From the NCBI GenBank assembly GCA_017502875.1, contig JAFVUF010000018.1, positions 691 through 64,690 on the forward strand: a stretch of DNA of 64,000 nt. Direction: 5' to 3'. This stretch comes from Clostridia bacterium (GTDB taxonomy: Bacteria; Bacillota; Clostridia; Oscillospirales; CAG-272). Below are positions 1 to 9,336 of the stretch, piece after piece (the first letter of the stretch is position 1; each line of letters opens with the position of its first letter). The notes under the pieces are model-generated. The model was not told where the DNA came from. It saw nothing but the letters and a program-made list of their open reading frames with translations, and ran no database searches. The translations under genes were made by a program, and so were the position numbers.

Positions 1-1
1 C

Positions 2-2680
2 GCGGAGCTTTATGTTTCCGATATAACGGCGTACGATTGCAACCTTAATGTTGACCGTAAAAATTCTGTTGCCGAATATAGCAAAGAAAATAACGCAGCG
101 GTTTTCGCTCTTAACGGCTACGCAGGCTCGATAAACGGTAAAACCTACAAAATAAACCCGACTAATATCGAATCCAAAGTTTTCAAGGAGGGCGACGTAG
201 TATATTTACCCGTTAACGTTTTTGCGGTATCCATTGACGACGGCGCGGCGTATTACGGAAAATCGGGAATTGTTACCTACGTTTACGACGGTGTGAAATA
301 TACCTTCTCGCCCGGAAACACTTACAAGGTAGGCGCGGAATACCGAGAGCTTACATATCCCGCGATACACCGTAACGGCGGACTGTTTATTTCTGCTCAG
401 GACGCTATGGCGATATACGAGTATGAAAATATATTTGAAGACAGAATGGGTATTGTCATTCTCTCAAACAGCGCTATTGAGCTTGATGCGGTGGAGGATC
501 AGGAGACCATCTTCGAATACGTAAAGAAGCTTGTTTACGTCCGTCCCACAGGCGATGATATGTATCGCGATCTTATGGAGCATTCCGTCGGTCAGCATCC
601 TTATATAATGGTTGACAGCCAGGATTTTGCTGATCTTCGCTATTATCTGAAAAACGACGCGACATTGCAGAGCTACGTTAGTTCACTTATAAAAACTCAC
701 GGTATAGGCTCGGTGAAATTCAACGAGCAGCCGCAGTGGTTCAGACTTGCCGACGGAAAGAGACTTTTGTCCATAGTTGATGACGTAATGTATAAGATGA
801 TGTCGTGGGGACTTTTGTATCAGCTTGATATTTACGAGGGAGCTGAAAAGCAGCAGCTCATAGACAGAGTATGGGAGGAGGCTGAGGCGTTAGCTAACTA
901 TTACGATAAAGATAACCGCTTGCCCAGATATGGCTGGAATCCCGATCACTACCTCGATGTCGGCGAGGGCGCGGTTGCTATGGCGGTTGCGTACGACTGG
1001 TTCTATGACGAGTGGACGCCTGAGCAGAGAAGCCAGATGGCTAAGTCCCTTTACGAATACGGCTTGACTACCACGTCTGTGTTAAGCGGAGGTGGAAACT
1101 ACCGTATTCTCAACGATTTGACAAATAACTGGAACGGAGTATGTAACGCCGGCATTATGTGCGCCTCGCTCGCCATAGCAAACGATGAGTATATCGTAAG
1201 TAACGGTCTGCAGGATGAAGTTATACACGTTATGGATTACTGCATCGAGGCAATAGAGAGCGGAATGTGGGTATACGGTCCCGACGGAGGCTACGAGGAA
1301 GGGCCGGGGTATTGGAGTGGCGGAACGATGTTCACAATGATATTTATTTCCTCGGTTGAGGCCGCATGCGGAACAACCTACGGAATATATGACACTCCAG
1401 GATTTGAGGAATCTGCGTATTTTACCACATATCTTGGCAACGCTAACACGACATGGGGCTTCCACGATGCTTCAAGCGCTGACAGTAATCCCGCTATTGC
1501 CGCGTGGTTTGCGGGCATTTCTGGAGACGGAAACCTGAATGCCATAAGACGTCAGGGTATTGAAAAAGGCTGGTGCAGCGCTTCTATTTACGACATAATT
1601 TACTTCAATCCCCATATAATCGCTAACAGCATAAATCTTTCGCTTGACTCGTATTATTCTCTTGATACATTGATGACGTTCAGAAGCTCGTGGGATACCT
1701 CGAATAATATTTTCGCGGGACTTCACGGAGGAGATAACTCAGCCGGCCACGGAGACCTTGACATAGGAAACTTTGTTATCAACGTAAACGGTGTTTTCAT
1801 GATAGATGAGCTTGGAAACGATGCGTATAACGTAGCGGGATATTTTGAAAACACTTACCGTTGGTCGTATTACAGAAAGCGCACCGAGGGACAGAACTGT
1901 CTTGTAATGATAGGCCACGGTGATAGCTGGAATGATAAGACGGGAAGACCTGAATACTATATAGACGCTAACAATAACGTAGTTAAGGAGCCTGAAAAGG
2001 CTAAGTATGTTGTATCCAAGGGCAAAAAGTATAATCTGACAGCAAGTAATGGGATTGGAACGGTAGTAGACGAAAATTATGGAAACACTCACATCAATCT
2101 ACCGGATCCTAATTATTACGGACAGAAGCTTACAGCCGTATCAAGAGCAACGGCGTTTGAAAGCGGTGTAAGCTCCGCTTACGGAGTGGTTGATATGAAG
2201 CCCGCGTACGCGGCGGCAAAGGGCGATATGATCAGAGGTCTGTATATGACGAACAACAGAAGCACCGTTGTTATACAGGACGAGGGCACATTCAACGCAT
2301 ATCAGGATATCTGGTGGTTTGCTCATACACGTGGAGAGATAACGGTATCAGCTGACGGTAGTAGCGCGATAATTTTCAGAGACGGCATTTATCTCTATGC
2401 AGAGATAGTCGTTGACCCGAATAATCCGATAGATGCGAAATTCAGCACTATGGATTGGGAATCTCTTGACGAAAATTATGTAGGCGATACCGTTAAAAGC
2501 GGTTTGTACGTTACTGAAACGGAGGTGGTGAGAGATGGCAAGAAGCTTGTCGTTACCGCCGAAAATACTAAGGTGTTTAACTGCGCGGTAGCGTTTAAGC
2601 AGATACAGTCTCTGCAAGATGTTCCCGAAAAAGGAACCATCTACACGTGGACCGCTATAAAAGATTGGAAGGCAGAGTAA
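2..2680 (+). CDS. Heparinase II/III-like polysaccharide-lyase family protein, 5'-truncated by the window edge
   Basis: Frame 2 is open from nt 2, with no stop before the ORF-track GTG at 293 and no SD before 293, so the gene enters from upstream. The N-terminal part (VYLPVNVFAVSIDDGAAYYG...) resembles a copper-amine-oxidase-N-like stalk domain. The body has heparinase II/III-type signatures (NNWNGVCNAGIMCASLAI; GHGDLDIGNFVINVNG). Confidence 0.7.
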   Translation, partial: AELYVSDITAYDCNLNVDRKNSVAEYSKENNAAVFALNGYAGSINGKTYKINPTNIESKVFKEGDVVYLPVNVFAVSIDDGAAYYGKSGIVTYVYDGVKYTFSPGNTYKVGAEYRELTYPAIHRNGGLFISAQDAMAIYEYENIFEDRMGIVILSNSAIELDAVEDQETIFEYVKKLVYVRPTGDDMYRDLMEHSVGQHPYIMVDSQDFADLRYYLKNDATLQSYVSSLIKTHGIGSVKFNEQPQWFRLADGKRLLSIVDDVMYKMMSWGLLYQLDIYEGAEKQQLIDRVWEEAEALANYYDKDNRLPRYGWNPDHYLDVGEGAVAMAVAYDWFYDEWTPEQRSQMAKSLYEYGLTTTSVLSGGGNYRILNDLTNNWNGVCNAGIMCASLAIANDEYIVSNGLQDEVIHVMDYCIEAIESGMWVYGPDGGYEEGPGYWSGGTMFTMIFISSVEAACGTTYGIYDTPGFEESAYFTTYLGNANTTWGFHDASSADSNPAIAAWFAGISGDGNLNAIRRQGIEKGWCSASIYDIIYFNPHIIANSINLSLDSYYSLDTLMTFRSSWDTSNNIFAGLHGGDNSAGHGDLDIGNFVINVNGVFMIDELGNDAYNVAGYFENTYRWSYYRKRTEGQNCLVMIGHGDSWNDKTGRPEYYIDANNNVVKEPEKAKYVVSKGKKYNLTASNGIGTVVDENYGNTHINLPDPNYYGQKLTAVSRATAFESGVSSAYGVVDMKPAYAAAKGDMIRGLYMTNNRSTVVIQDEGTFNAYQDIWWFAHTRGEITVSADGSSAIIFRDGIYLYAEIVVDPNNPIDAKFSTMDWESLDENYVGDTVKSGLYVTETEVVRDGKKLVVTAENTKVFNCAVAFKQIQSLQDVPEKGTIYTWTAIKDWKAE

Positions 2681-2693
2681 AATAATTACAAAC

Positions 2694-2728
2694 GGGCTGT
2701 TGCGTTTTTAGATATAGCGCGACAGCCC
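2694..2728 (+). terminator. Hairpin after the heparinase-like gene (weak terminator, no clear T-run)
   Basis: gggctgttgcg (2694-2704) pairs with cgcgacagccc (2718-2728) with one G-U. No U-tract follows. Confidence 0.35.
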
Positions 2729-2746
2729 TAAGTAAACGGTGAAAAG

Positions 2747-4552
2747 ATGTTAAAAAAGGTAATTTCAGTAGTATTAGTCGTCATAGCGGTAATATCATTA
2801 TTTACGTTTACCGCAAGCGCCTCTCAGGCGGAGGGGATAGATTACGCGTTCCACGTCAAGGGCGGAAGCGTAGAAAATCTCGACGGGCTTATAGAGGCGT
2901 TTACCGCGCATGACGGAACTCCTTACGCCCGTAAAGTAGAGGGCAAAGAGAACGAGATAGAGCTTATAGAAAGCGTTGTGCTTGACGCTCCGATAGAAAT
3001 ATCAAAAGGAGCGTATAAAATACACGGAAGATATTTATCCGTTTACAGAGGCTTTGACGGAACAGAGCCGATGTTTCTTATTGCCGGAATCGGCGAAAAC
3101 TCGGCAGCTCTTACTTTTGAGGACAGCGGAAACGGAGAATGGACAGTTCCTTCTCTCATTATTGACGGAAACAGCGAGGAGTTTCCATACGCATCAACCG
3201 GAATGATAATGATGAAGGGGAGAGCGAAGCTTACGGTAAATAAAGGCGTTTTGCTCACAAATTCCTCAACCGCAGCCATGGGCGGAGCGATTTTTGCGGA
3301 ACTTGATATAGTTGGACTTGAAAAAAGCCCTGATATTCCAGAAATAAATCTTGATAACTGCATGATAACCGAATGTAAGGCGGTAATGGGCGGCGGCGCG
3401 GTGGCAATTATTGCATACGATAGAGGAGTGAATGGCGGAATACTGAATATAAACAATTCTGTTTTAAAGAACAATTCCTCAGGCAGCAACGAGTTCAACG
3501 GTATTGGAGGCGCTATTTATTCGGTAGGAGGAGATGTTACGGTAAAATCTACGAGCCTTGTTGAAAACTCCGCTTATTTCGGCGGAGCTATATATACCGT
3601 ATCTGATACCGATATCAGTAGCAGTACTATTCAGTATAACAAGGCGACCTTAGACGGCGGAGCTATTTATTGCGCGAGTATGGAAGGGATACAGGGTGCT
3701 GTTTCACTTGCCGACAGCGATATTTCACATAATGAGTCCCAGGGAGTCGGGGGAGCAATAGCCAATTACGGCAAGCTTTCAGTATCAGGAATGTCAATAG
3801 TGAGTACTAATACTTCTCTTGGAAACGGAGGCGCTGTATACAACGAGGGAACGTTTTCCATGCTCAACGGAAGCGTTTGGTCCAATAAAACCGAGGGAAT
3901 GGGAGGCGCTGTTTATTCTGCTAAAAGCTACTCTTTGGTAGAAATTAAGGGCGGCGAGATAAATAATAATCACGCTGCGCTTTGCGGCGCGGTATACTGC
4001 GAAGGCGGATTCTCCATGCTTGGCGGAGCGATAGGTAATCACAAGGGGGAAGCTCCTCAGATTGTTTTAAAGGGCGAGGTTTCCATGGGAGGCGATGCCT
4101 TTGTTCAAAACGATGTTATCGGTCTGTGTGTTACAGAAAAGGACGGGGAGAAGAATTATCCAAGTATAGAGATAAAAACCAAGCTTACTTCTAACGTCAT
4201 ACAGAAGGTAGGCTATTACCGAGAAAAGTTGGCTTCGGACGGAAGCGTCAAGGGCTATAAGAACGCCACCAAGTCTGATTTACAGCTGTTTTTGGGAAGC
4301 GAGCAGGCGACTGAAAGCGCTGAACAGATATTTAAAGTTCAAAACAGAGGATTGCTTTCGTATAAAACCGTGAATAATCAGCTTTCGGTCAGATTTATAT
4401 TTCTTCCGATTTGGTCTTGGGCGCTGATAGCTCTTGCGGTAATAGTGGCAGTCGCGATTATATTCAGGAAAAAGCTTGCCGTTTTTGTATCTCCGCTAAT
4501 AGATAAGACTGTTAAAAAGAAAAAACATGGCAAAAAAACAAATAAAAAATAA
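2747..4552 (+). CDS. Secreted right-handed beta-helix surface protein with Pmp-type GGA(I/V) repeats and a C-terminal TM anchor
   Basis: N-terminal signal peptide (VVLVVIAVISLFTFTASA). About 10 spaced GGAIY/GGAVY repeats. C-terminal hydrophobic helix (WSWALIALAVIVAVAIIF) followed by a Lys-rich tail. No LPXTG. Confidence 0.75.
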   Translation: MLKKVISVVLVVIAVISLFTFTASASQAEGIDYAFHVKGGSVENLDGLIEAFTAHDGTPYARKVEGKENEIELIESVVLDAPIEISKGAYKIHGRYLSVYRGFDGTEPMFLIAGIGENSAALTFEDSGNGEWTVPSLIIDGNSEEFPYASTGMIMMKGRAKLTVNKGVLLTNSSTAAMGGAIFAELDIVGLEKSPDIPEINLDNCMITECKAVMGGGAVAIIAYDRGVNGGILNINNSVLKNNSSGSNEFNGIGGAIYSVGGDVTVKSTSLVENSAYFGGAIYTVSDTDISSSTIQYNKATLDGGAIYCASMEGIQGAVSLADSDISHNESQGVGGAIANYGKLSVSGMSIVSTNTSLGNGGAVYNEGTFSMLNGSVWSNKTEGMGGAVYSAKSYSLVEIKGGEINNNHAALCGAVYCEGGFSMLGGAIGNHKGEAPQIVLKGEVSMGGDAFVQNDVIGLCVTEKDGEKNYPSIEIKTKLTSNVIQKVGYYREKLASDGSVKGYKNATKSDLQLFLGSEQATESAEQIFKVQNRGLLSYKTVNNQLSVRFIFLPIWSWALIALAVIVAVAIIFRKKLAVFVSPLIDKTVKKKKHGKKTNKK

Positions 4553-4558
4553 AACAAA

Positions 4559-4592
4559 CGGGGCAGCTCAGCTTTGAGCTGACCCGTTTTTT
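4559..4592 (+). terminator. Rho-independent terminator
   Basis: cggggcagctca / tgagctgacccg stem with a gctt loop, then TTTTTT. Confidence 0.8.
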
Positions 4593-4652
4593 AACGAATA
4601 AAAACACTTCTTTTCTCATAACTATTATAAAAAAGAAAAGGAGATACGGTAT

Positions 4653-7376
4653 TTGAATAAAGAGGTGATGGGATTAAACGAGGAGGAGGTTATAAAATCA
4701 AGAAACCAAAACGGCAGTAACGCTCTTGTGATAAAGCGCAACGTATCGTTTTTCGGTAAGCTGATAAAAAATTTAGGCGACCCGATAATAAGAATACTGA
4801 TAGTCGCGTTTTTTGTAACATTGCTTTTTTCCGGCGGAGAGGGAAATCTGTTTGAGGCGCTGGGGATAGCGGCATCAGTCGTTATATCTACGCTTGTTTC
4901 CACAGTTAGCGAATACGGAAGCGAAAAGGCATTCAGGAAAATGCAGCTTGAAGCCATGAGGCAGACGTGCGAGGTGATACGAGGCGGCAAATACGTCGAG
5001 TTGCCCGTTGAGGAGCTGGTGCTTGGAGATTGTGTTTCACTGAAAAGCGGAGATAAGGTCGGAGCTGATGGGGAGCTTATAAGCGGAGAAGTATCAGTGG
5101 ATATGTCGGCAATAAACGGCGAAAGCGCTGAACAGCATAAAAGCGCCATGGGAAAGGGAGAAAGCTCTGAGCTATACAGAGGCAGCGTTATCACAGCGGG
5201 AAAGGGGATAATGCGTGTAAGCGCAGTCGGAGGCGATAGCTTTTACGGCAGAATAGCAAGCGAGGTGCAGGATAACGGCGGAGACAGTCCGCTTCGCGAG
5301 AAGCTGTCGGCGCTTGCCAAAACACTCAGTAAATTCGGTTATTTTTGTGCGGTAATCGTTGCGCTTGCGTATCTGACGAACGTATTTTTTCTTAGCGGAG
5401 AGTTCGTTTATTCAGTAAAAAACGTAATTAAGGAGCTTCTATCGGCGTTTACACTCGGTATATCAGTCGTGGTGGTGGCGGTGCCCGAAGGACTTCCAAT
5501 GATGATAACAGTGGTGTTATCATCAAATATGATACGTATGCAAAAGCAAAATATACGGGTAAGAAAGCCTGTCGGTATCGAAACCGCGGGCAGCGTTGAT
5601 ATACTTTTCACAGATAAAACCGGAACACTCACATACGGCGAAGCAAAAACCGTTTGCTACGTTACGGGTAACGGCGTCCGTTCTCAAAGAAGTGTTGACC
5701 TAAGCCCCTCGGAGCGATTTCTGCTTGGAATGGCGGCAGTACACGCAAGTGAAAGCAGAGTAGAAAATGAGGGTATGCTTAACAAACGTAAGGCGGTGGG
5801 AGGAAACACGTCGGAAAGGGCAGTGCTTAACGAGTATCTGGAAAGCGGCGACTATCCGAGAGGAACGTACTGTCAAGAGCTTTTAGCGTTTGATAGCAAA
5901 ATAAAGCTTTCAGCGGCAACTGTTTCTTTAAAGGAAAACAGAGAATATTCCGCGCTTTTCGGAGAAACGCTTACAGTCATAAAGGGAGCGCCGGAAATAC
6001 TCCTTAAATACTGTAATAGCAGTTACAGGTGTGATGGAAGGCGCCAAAAGCTTGATAAAGAGTCGCTTTCAAAGCACCTTGAGCATATATCTTCAAAGGG
6101 AATACGCGCGCTTGCTGTAATAACCACGAGCGCTTCACCCGCCGCGCTGAAAAAAGCCAACAGAATTTTAGCCGATGGCGGAATTCCAGAGGTTGCCGAA
6201 CTTATGAGCGAAGCCTGCTTTGTTTGCTTTGTGGGAATGAGAGATGAGCTGAGGAGAGAAAGCCCTAAGGCTATAAAAACATTTAGGGAGGCTGGTATAC
6301 AGACCGTTATGATAACCGGGGACTCGAAGACAACCGCGGTTGCAATAGCGAGAGAGTGTGGAATACTTGAAGGCGGTAGTAATGAAGTTGTTCTTGAAAG
6401 CAGTGAACTTAAAGCTATGAGCGACTCGGAAATTGCGGATATTATTCCATCGCTGCGTGTGGTTGCGCGGGCATTGCCTGACGATAAAAGCAGACTTGTA
6501 AGAATAGCGAAAAGCCGAGGTCGGATAACGGCTATGACGGGCGACGGGCTAAATGACGCGCCCGCATTGAAGGCTGCGGACGTTGGATTTGCAATGGGCA
6601 ACGGTACGGAGGTAGCTAAGGAGTCGGGAGATATCATAATAAATGACAGTAATATTTCGTCAATAGAAAAAGCCGTGCTGTACGGACGCACGGTTTTCAG
6701 GTCTATAAGAAAGTTTATAGTTTTTCAGCTGATAATGAATTTGAGCGCTGTGGGAATCAGCGTAATAGGCCCGTTTATCAGGATAGAAAGTCCGGTAACG
6801 GTGATGCAAATGCTGTGGATAAATCTGATAATGGATACCATAGCCGCAATAGCGTTTGCGGGTGAAGCGCCGCTTATGAGGTATATGAAAGCGAAGCCAA
6901 CACCTAAAAACGAGCCTGTGCTTAACGGAGATATGATAACGAGGATATTCGTTATGGGTGTTTTCAGCGTGATGCTATGCCTGTATTACTGCAATAGCGC
7001 CAAGATATCAGCGCTGTTTGGCGGAAAGGAAAGTCCTGTTTTTATGTCGGGCTTTTTCGCGCTTTTCGTTTTTTGCGGAATATTCGGAGCATTTAACGCG
7101 AGAAGCGGAAGAATTAATATACTTTCGGGACTTTTTCAAAACCCGGTGTTCGTTACGGTTATGGCTGCCGTATTCTGCGCCCAGGTTGCAATGATATATT
7201 TCGGCGGAGAGCTTTTCAGATGTGTTCCGCTTACAGTGGAGCAGCTTATAGAGGTGATAAAGCTTTCGATTACAGTAATACCTGCGGGAATTCTTTTAGA
7301 GGCTTTAATGAAAATAGGGGTTAAACGTCGGGAAACGAGCTTGCTGACGGTAGCGGGAATTCCGTCTTTGAGATGA
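4653..7376 (+). CDS. P-type (P2) cation-transporting ATPase, Ca2+-ATPase-like
   Basis: DKTGTLT phosphorylation motif, TGDGLNDAPALKAADVGFAMG hinge, PEGLP in TM4, and an N-terminal Cation_ATPase_N-like GLNEEEVIKSRNQNGSNAL. The TTG start at 4653 lies 9 nt after AAGGAG; ATG 4668 is an alternative. Confidence 0.9.
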   Translation: MNKEVMGLNEEEVIKSRNQNGSNALVIKRNVSFFGKLIKNLGDPIIRILIVAFFVTLLFSGGEGNLFEALGIAASVVISTLVSTVSEYGSEKAFRKMQLEAMRQTCEVIRGGKYVELPVEELVLGDCVSLKSGDKVGADGELISGEVSVDMSAINGESAEQHKSAMGKGESSELYRGSVITAGKGIMRVSAVGGDSFYGRIASEVQDNGGDSPLREKLSALAKTLSKFGYFCAVIVALAYLTNVFFLSGEFVYSVKNVIKELLSAFTLGISVVVVAVPEGLPMMITVVLSSNMIRMQKQNIRVRKPVGIETAGSVDILFTDKTGTLTYGEAKTVCYVTGNGVRSQRSVDLSPSERFLLGMAAVHASESRVENEGMLNKRKAVGGNTSERAVLNEYLESGDYPRGTYCQELLAFDSKIKLSAATVSLKENREYSALFGETLTVIKGAPEILLKYCNSSYRCDGRRQKLDKESLSKHLEHISSKGIRALAVITTSASPAALKKANRILADGGIPEVAELMSEACFVCFVGMRDELRRESPKAIKTFREAGIQTVMITGDSKTTAVAIARECGILEGGSNEVVLESSELKAMSDSEIADIIPSLRVVARALPDDKSRLVRIAKSRGRITAMTGDGLNDAPALKAADVGFAMGNGTEVAKESGDIIINDSNISSIEKAVLYGRTVFRSIRKFIVFQLIMNLSAVGISVIGPFIRIESPVTVMQMLWINLIMDTIAAIAFAGEAPLMRYMKAKPTPKNEPVLNGDMITRIFVMGVFSVMLCLYYCNSAKISALFGGKESPVFMSGFFALFVFCGIFGAFNARSGRINILSGLFQNPVFVTVMAAVFCAQVAMIYFGGELFRCVPLTVEQLIEVIKLSITVIPAGILLEALMKIGVKRRETSLLTVAGIPSLR

Positions 7377-7383
7377 AAAAAGT

Positions 7384-7421
7384 AAAACGGGCTATTGCGA
7401 CGCAATAGCCCGTGCTTTTTT
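7384..7421. terminator. Bidirectional terminator shared by the ATPase gene and rpmE
   Basis: cgggctattg / caatagcccg stem flanked by an A-run upstream and a T-run downstream. Confidence 0.8.
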
Positions 7422-7430
7422 AAAGCGATA

Positions 7431-7640
7431 TTACTTTCCGGCAGCTTCAAGACGACGTCTGAACTTGTCAACACGTCCGCCGGCATCGACGAATTTCTGC
7501 TTACCGGTAAAGAACGGATGGCACTTGGAGCAGATATCTATACGAATGTCGCCGCCCTTAGTGGAACGGGTAACGAAAGTCTCTCCGCAAGCGCAGATAA
7601 CCTTGGTTTCCTCATAGTTGGGATGGATTGCTTCCTTCAT
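7431..7640 (-). CDS. rpmE: 50S ribosomal protein L31 (Zn-ribbon type A)
   Basis: [11 protein letters not shown]... with CxC...CxxC cysteines, 69 aa, canonical L31 sequence. Confidence 0.97.
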   Translation of the reverse strand: MKEAIHPNYEETKVICACGETFVTRSTKGGDIRIDICSKCHPFFTGKQKFVDAGGRVDKFRRRLEAAGK

Positions 7641-7744
7641 TATACCAATAGTACATAGCGATTAAAAATGATTCACAGGATTTTGCCTGATTAACTGTTT
7701 TTAACGAATGTACTTCCTCCTTTCGTAAGAGTGTCTTTTAAATC
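7641..7744 (-). promoter_or_regulatory. Structured rpmE 5' leader: a long hairpin places a distal AGGAGG next to the SD-less start codon
   Basis: Stem 7650-7656 / 7708-7714 (agtacat/atgtact), plus 7662-7668 / 7698-7704 (ttaaaaa/tttttaa), plus an apical cagg/cctg hairpin at 7676-7689. AGGAGG (plus-strand cctcct, 7716-7721) sits 1 nt 5' of the helix. The ATG lies 9 nt 3' of the helix and has no SD of its own. Confidence 0.4.
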
Positions 7745-7750
7745 CTTTCC

Positions 7751-7779
7751 ATTATACCACAAGCAAAATCAAAATTCAA
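7751..7779 (-). promoter_or_regulatory. Sigma-A-type promoter of rpmE
   Basis: On the minus strand: TTGAAT, 17 nt, TATAAT with an upstream TGg (extended -10). Confidence 0.6.
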
Positions 7780-7902
7780 TAGGTTTTCAAAAAGTTAACA
7801 AATTATTTTTTATTCGCGCTTGGCGCCGTCAGTCCGATAAGGCAGACAAAAGCGATTATTGAGAATATACAGCTAAATGGGGTTAAAAACACGCGCGAAA
7901 TA

Positions 7903-7931
7903 TTGACAAAAATAATATATTATGATATAAT
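7903..7931 (+). promoter_or_regulatory. Sigma-A-type promoter of the paaK-iorAB operon
   Basis: TTGACA (7903-7908), 17 nt, TATAAT (7926-7931). Confidence 0.7.
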
Positions 7932-7996
7932 TTCTATTAAACCGTGATTTTTACGGATGAATGTGTATTTTTACCGCATGAGGAAGAAGGTTTTTT

Positions 7997-9319
7997 ATGA
8001 AAGCACCAAAAACGCACAACATTTTCAATCCCGAAAAAGAGTGCATGTCAAGAGAGGCTCTCCGTGAGCTTCAGAATGAGCGCCTGCGCAAAACAGTAAA
8101 GCTCGAATACGATAACGTTCCCGTGTACCGCGCGAGAATGGACGCCAAGGGTATAAAGCCTGAGGATATCCGTACAGTTGACGATCTCCGTTATCTTCCG
8201 TTTACCAACAAGACGGATTTGCGCGATGAATTCCCCTTTGGCTTGCTTGCTTCTCCAAAGAGCGAGATAGTAAGAATACAGGGCTCTTCCGGTACTACCG
8301 GCAAACCGATAGTGTCAGGATATACGGAGAACGACGTTGAGGTGTGGACTGAAATGGTCGCGAGAGCGTTGGTTGCGGCAGGCGGAACCAAGGACGATAT
8401 AATCCAGATTGCCTACGGCTACGGACTCTTTACGGGCGGTCTCGGCGCGCATCAGGGCGCTTCAAAAATCGGCGCAATGACCATTCCTATGTCTAGCGGA
8501 AACACCGCAAGACAGATAATGATGATGAAGGACCTCGGTTCAACCATGCTCTGCTGCACACCCTCGTACGCTACATATCTTGGTGAGACTATCAGAGAAA
8601 TGGGGCTTGATCCTAAGAAGGACCTGAAGCTAAAGTCGGGTGTGTTTGGCGCTGAGCCGTGGACTGAGGCGATGAGAACCCGCCTTGAGGAGCTGCTTGA
8701 TATTGACGCCTGCGACATCTACGGACTTACCGAAATAGCAGGTCCCGGTGTTGCCTTTGAGTGCCTTGAAAAATGCGGAATGCACATAAACGAGGACCAC
8801 GTTATCCCCGAAATAATCGATCCTGTAACTGAGGAACCGCTTCCTTACGGAGCTTCGGGAGAGCTTGTGTTTACCACCATCACAAAGACGGGTATGCCTA
8901 TGCTCCGTTACCGAACTCACGATATCTGCGTGCTTCATCCCGAGAAGTGCGCCTGCGGCAGAACCACCGTCCGTATGGGCAGAATTACCGGACGTACAGA
9001 CGATATGCTCATCATCAGAGGCGTAAACGTGTTCCCAAGTCAGATTGAGAGCGTTCTCGTTTCCGTCAAGGGAGTCGCGCCCTTCTATATGCTTATCGTT
9101 GACCGTGTGAATTCAACCGATACGTTAGAGGTTCAGGTTGAGATAGACGAAAACGGCTTTTCTGATACTGTTGCCGATCTTGAAAATATCCGTAACGAGA
9201 TAGGCGAGAAGATAAAGAGCGTAGTAGGCATATCAGCAAAGGTAACGCTCGTTGGCGCAAAGACACTTCCTCGCTCCGAGGGCAAGGCAAAAAGAGTTAT
9301 TGATAACAGAAAACTTTAA
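7997..9319 (+). CDS. paaK: Phenylacetate-CoA ligase family (aryl-acetate/acyl-CoA ligase)
   Basis: [13 protein letters not shown]-binding motif, about 440 aa, PaaK-like architecture. Adjacent to iorAB. Confidence 0.85.
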   Translation: MKAPKTHNIFNPEKECMSREALRELQNERLRKTVKLEYDNVPVYRARMDAKGIKPEDIRTVDDLRYLPFTNKTDLRDEFPFGLLASPKSEIVRIQGSSGTTGKPIVSGYTENDVEVWTEMVARALVAAGGTKDDIIQIAYGYGLFTGGLGAHQGASKIGAMTIPMSSGNTARQIMMMKDLGSTMLCCTPSYATYLGETIREMGLDPKKDLKLKSGVFGAEPWTEAMRTRLEELLDIDACDIYGLTEIAGPGVAFECLEKCGMHINEDHVIPEIIDPVTEEPLPYGASGELVFTTITKTGMPMLRYRTHDICVLHPEKCACGRTTVRMGRITGRTDDMLIIRGVNVFPSQIESVLVSVKGVAPFYMLIVDRVNSTDTLEVQVEIDENGFSDTVADLENIRNEIGEKIKSVVGISAKVTLVGAKTLPRSEGKAKRVIDNRKL

Positions 9320-9336
9320 TAGTAAAGGAAAAAACA

